Positions 58,584 to 64,000 of a stretch of DNA of 64,000 nt are shown here, piece after piece. The stretch lies in the NCBI RefSeq assembly GCF_009914755.1, contig NC_060935.1. The stretch is one strand, 5' to 3'. The position numbers were made by a program, and so were the translations under genes. The DNA is from the human T2T-CHM13v2.0 reference genome, Homo sapiens. The notes beneath the pieces were generated by a model that saw only the letters and a program-made list of their open reading frames with translations, was not told the origin of the DNA and searched no databases. Numbering within the stretch: position 1 is the first letter of the stretch; each line of letters starts with the position of its first letter.

Positions 58584-58663
58584 TGAGGGTGGGCCTCCCT
58601 GCAGGGCTGGGGTCCCTCTCTCGGTGTCCCTGTAGCGTGGCTGATGCTGCTCTCTGTCCACAG

Positions 58664-58764
58664 TGTGCGCCAGGGGGCTGCCTGATGGAGCTATGCATCC
58701 AGCTCAGCATCATCATGCTGGGGAAACAGCTGATCCAGAACAACCTGTTCGAGATCGGCATCCC
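58664..58764 (+). CDS. ANO1: ANO1 exon 20 (TM6; gate and Ca2+-site residues), [33 protein letters not shown](P)
   Basis: ccacag|TGTGCG...ATCCC|gtgagt; 101 nt. Confidence 0.98.
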
Positions 58765-58932
58765 GTGAGTGTGCTGCAGCGGGTTAGAGCGGCAGGGGCG
58801 GGGCCAGGCGGAGGGGTGTGTGGGTGGCTCCTGCGGGGGTCTGGGTGGACGCGGGGCCTCAACCAAGATGGGGGCACTAGAAGCAGGGAGAGAAGGAGGA
58901 CACAGAGGGAAGGTGGGGCAAAAGCCACCCCA

Positions 58933-59771
<839 letters not shown>

Positions 59772-60057
59772 TCAAGAACTTGTCGGGCCATTTTCCATGA
59801 TCTGTGTCCTTCCCCAAGAGTCCACTTGGGCATGACCAGCCTCCACTGTTCTTGTGTCCCTGATGCCTGCTGGGCCCTCCTGTGGTTCACAAGTGGTCGT
59901 TTGCCCTCCCTGCACCTCCGTTTCCTTCTGTAGCCAGCAAAGCCATGACACTTGCCCCCTGCCTTTTGGGGAAAGGGCAGAAGAGATCATCGACAAAGAA
60001 ATGATGGCAAACAAGTAAATTCTGGATTTAAAGCAGAAACTTAGAAATATCACTGGA

Positions 60058-60424
<367 letters not shown>

Positions 60425-60435
60425 TCATCTCTCAG

Positions 60436-60581
60436 GAAGATGAAGAAGCTCATCCGCTACCTGAAGCTGAAGCAGCAGAGCCCCCCTGACCACGAGGAGT
60501 GTGTGAAGAGGAAACAGCGGTACGAGGTGGATTACAACCTGGAGCCCTTCGCGGGCCTCACCCCAGAGTACATGGAAATGA
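60436..60581 (+). CDS. ANO1: ANO1 exon 21, KMKKLIRYL...PEYMEM(I), with the EYME Ca2+-binding motif
   Basis: tctcag|GAAGATG...ATGA|gtgagt; 146 nt. Confidence 0.98.
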
Positions 60582-60824
60582 GTGAGTGATGGCCGGGGCA
60601 GGCAGGTGACATCAGGATAGAAACAGGCCAGCATGCCACCTGGAGTGGGGAAGGGCTGCAGGGGCATGATGCCCCCAACCCTGCGGTGCCCAGCGTCCCT
60701 CCATAAGCATCAGGCAGGGAGAAGAGAGATGCAGACCCTGGGATCCTAGTGCTGCCACCCCCTTGGGTCGGTGAGCATGGCTGCTCTGGATGGAGTCCTG
60801 TGTTCCAGAGGCCCAGGTCAAGCA

Positions 60825-60928
60825 GCCACCGTCCCTAGGCACGGTCCCCAAGCATGGTCCCCAGCCACAGTCCCCAGGTATGGTCCCCAGCCACAGTCCC
60901 CAGGCACGGTCCCCAGGCACGGTCTCCA
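60825..60928. repeat. 13-bp minisatellite (gcacggtccccag), about 8 copies
   Basis: direct reading. Confidence 0.85.
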
Positions 60929-61329
60929 TCAGCGCAGCCCGACACAGCCTGGGTTGTGCAGCTCTTCCTCCTCCCTTAGTCTCCTCACCAGCCGAGGGCC
61001 CGGCCCTGCTAAGCTGCAAGATCGTCCTTACTTGAAACCCCCCACAATCCAAGGTCCCTCCTCTCAGCTCCAAGGCCCTTCAAGCATCCTACTTTGGTTC
61101 CATGACTCATCTCCCCTTCCTGGTGGTGAGCTCCTGAGTTGCAGGAGCCACGACTTGCTCACCTGTGGGCTGGCGACAGCTGCCCCCAGCACAGAGCAGG
61201 CGTCTCAAAGGAGACCCAGGGATCGAGCCTTACCCCCCTCAATCACGTGGCTGGCCAGGAGGATGCCGAGAGGTGGCACATACCTTTTGGGGGTGGCCAA
61301 AGAGAACTGGGAAGAGGCCAGGTGTGGTC

Positions 61330-61800
61330 CGCACAGCTCTGGACTCTCCCTGACCTGGTCACTTACCTCTCCCTCCTGCCTCCTGCACTCTGCACATGCT
61401 GGCCTCCTTGCTGCTCCCCAGCCCCGTGGAGCTCAGGCCGCCCCAGGGCCTTTGCACGAGATGTGCCCTGCTGGAATGCCCTCTCCCAAATACCTGCATG
61501 GCTCACTCTCTCCCTGCCTCCCAGGCTCTACTCAGAATGTCCCCCAACAGAGGGGTCTTCCCTGATCACTGTGTTTGAAAGGGGCAGCCCCTCCCCGACA
61601 CGGCCACGACCCCCACCCCTCCTCTGCTTGGTGTTTCTGCTCCCCAGCAGACAGCCTCACCCCGTCATCCCTCTTCTGTCTCCCCCCGGTAGGACGGCAG
61701 CCTCACCCTCTCTTGTTCCTCATCCCATAGCCCTACCCCTAGAGCAGGTCCAGGTATACAGTGGGTGCTCAATGTGTGTTTGCTGACTGAATGGATGAAC
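61330..61800 (+). mobile_element. L2 3' fragment
   Basis: cagggcctttgcac...ctggaatgccct...gtgctcaatgtgtgtttgctgactgaatg. Confidence 0.7.
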
Positions 61801-63516
61801 AAAGGCAGTCAGGAAGACTCCTGCAGAGGGGGGGTCCCAGCATGCAGTGCCCTGGCCACCAAGGTCAACTTCTCTAAAATGCCCGTTCCCAGGCTTGTTC
61901 CTGGTCTGCTGGAGGTGAGACCTGGCAGGCTGCATTTTTAAAAAGGGCCTGGGGGTAAGGGCACCTTAGAGGGTGGGGAGCGTTTCTGTTTAATTTCACC
62001 ACAAGTGCTGCCGTCTGCCCCTCCTGTTAGCCGAATTGTCCACATATGTCGCTCCTGGCTCCCCAGACAATCGTGCAAGGAGCACCTTGCCATTGACTCA
62101 GGAGGAGAGGAATCTTCAGTGTGGCGTTCTGTGGCTCCTCTCTGTTTTCTCCTGGAATAAAGTCCAAGCTGAACCAGGGTCAGGCCGGTAGGCAGAAAAT
62201 GGCTCCCAGCTGTTTAAACTCAGCATTGGCCATGTGGCCAGGAGGGACGGGGTCTGGGAGGTGGCTTCCCCTGCCTGCAGGGTCGCTCCTTCCACAGGAA
62301 ACCCTAGGGAGAATAGAGCCCAAGACACGAGCACAGCCTGCAGTGGGCCGCGAGAGTGGCAGCCCCTTCCCTGGATTTATTTTCCTAGTGGCTGGACATC
62401 ACGTCCCGAGTTCCTGACGGGTTTGGACAAAGGGGACTTCTGGAGCAGGCGCCTCCTGCCCACATACACGGGGAGTGGCTCACCCGTTCCCCACACTGCC
62501 CCCACTGACCAAGGCACATTTCCACACCCACTGACTTTCTCCCCACCCCATGGGCTGCCAGTCTGCTCCTCCCAGGAAGTCTCAAGCCACAGATGTGGAT
62601 AGATGGGGAGAACAAGCTCATCTGGAAATGCCCCACCTCCCCGCCCCCCTGCACCCTCCCTCCCAGGCCCCAGCCCTGGCAGCGCCTCCAGCTCCCTGGT
62701 CATACCCTTAGTGCCAGAGTAGGCAGCGCCTCTCGGAAGTGAGGAAGCCCACCCTGCTGAGTGACCCACAGCCTCAGGCCTCAGCAGCCCCTGGCCCTCA
62801 TGCACAGCACACACCGCCCCACATAAGCAATGCCTCATCCCCTCCAGGGGCCTCAGGCAGGACCAGAGGCCTCCCACTCAGCCCACCTTGCCAGGGCTAG
62901 CAAGACAGCCCAGGGAGAGAACTTGCAGGCCATTCCCCGCCATGGCCCATCCTACCTGCTAACAGTGCTCACACTCAGGGCACCCCGCACGGCCCACCCC
63001 ACATGCTAACAATGCCCACACTCAGCCCGCCAGGCACACGGTGACATTCTGCTGGCTTCCTTGTTTACCGCCTGGCACCAAACGCCCTTGGACTGGGTCC
63101 TGCTGTGCAGTTCCCGAACCAGCTTTCCTGCTCAGTTCCACTCAGAAACCTTTTCCTGACCTTCTCCTAGAGCCTAGCCCCATGCTGGATGCAGCATCCA
63201 AAGCCAGAGAAGCCCCAGAGGCAGCTCCCGGGTGGGATGATCCCCAGGGGGAGGGCCGCAGGGGCAGAGGCGAGGGACTGTCCTGGGCAGTGGGTCCCCA
63301 CCCGGATCCAGGAGTCCTGATGCAAGGGGAAGTTTGGGCTCTGGAAGATTCAGCCATGCAGGCAGGTCCCCCAGGTCCCAGGGAGCCCCCATGATGGAAG
63401 CAGCAGGGCCACTGCCACGTCCCTTCCCAGCATGGGCAGGGGGATGACCACAGGCTGGGCCTTTGAGCTCACGATGGTCCTTTTCCTTTTGGCGATGATT
63501 TTTTAAAATTTGACAT

Positions 63517-63790
<274 letters not shown>

Positions 63791-64000
63791 TTAGCCATAG
63801 ATAAGGGAGCATTCCCGTTACTCAAGAGTCAAACACTGAGATTCAGAGCAAAATTTGGAATTCTGCCTTCAGCCCACTCCTGGCCTGGAGGTCACCCAGG
63901 GTCATGGAGGGTCCATCCCAAGAGCTCATCTAATGCATCTGCAGGTGGGGTCCATGCAGGTGGGCTCGTTGGAGGTGGGGCGGCAGCCAGACCTGTGCGG

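Noticed and set aside
57943-58866. 307-aa antisense ORF
   Set aside because: Spans an MLT1 LTR and the antisense of exon 20 in GC-rich DNA; no recognisable domain

Overview
Primate (human-type, Alu-rich) genomic DNA from the middle of ANO1/TMEM16A, the calcium-activated chloride channel, on the + strand. I traced 18 GT-AG coding exons by hand. They are exons 5-21 in the usual numbering plus cassette exon 6b, and they splice into one continuous frame from (L)FDLSDKDSFF... to ...PEYMEM(I). All three internal alternative segments are present: b (66 nt), c (the 12-nt EAVK microexon) and d (78 nt). The gene start and end lie outside the window. The introns hold about 30 Alus, L1/L2/MIR relics, MER41, MLT1 and MLT2 solo LTRs, a MER58 element and several large tandem repeats. 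I found no new gene or prokaryotic-type system, and the long ORFs in the track are repeat artefacts. The best leads are regulatory. (1) Intron 11 has a cluster of STAT motifs: a MER41 LTR with two perfect GAS sites, and a nearby AP-1/GAS/FOXA/STAT6 module. (2) A 17-copy 49-bp tandem repeat carries an array of 5' splice-site decoys just after exon 10. (3) Competing inverted Alu pairs surround the c and d cassettes. (4) A mosaic templated-insertion scar was copied from two downstream sites. Exon boundaries are exact. Repeat boundaries and subfamilies are by eye and approximate.
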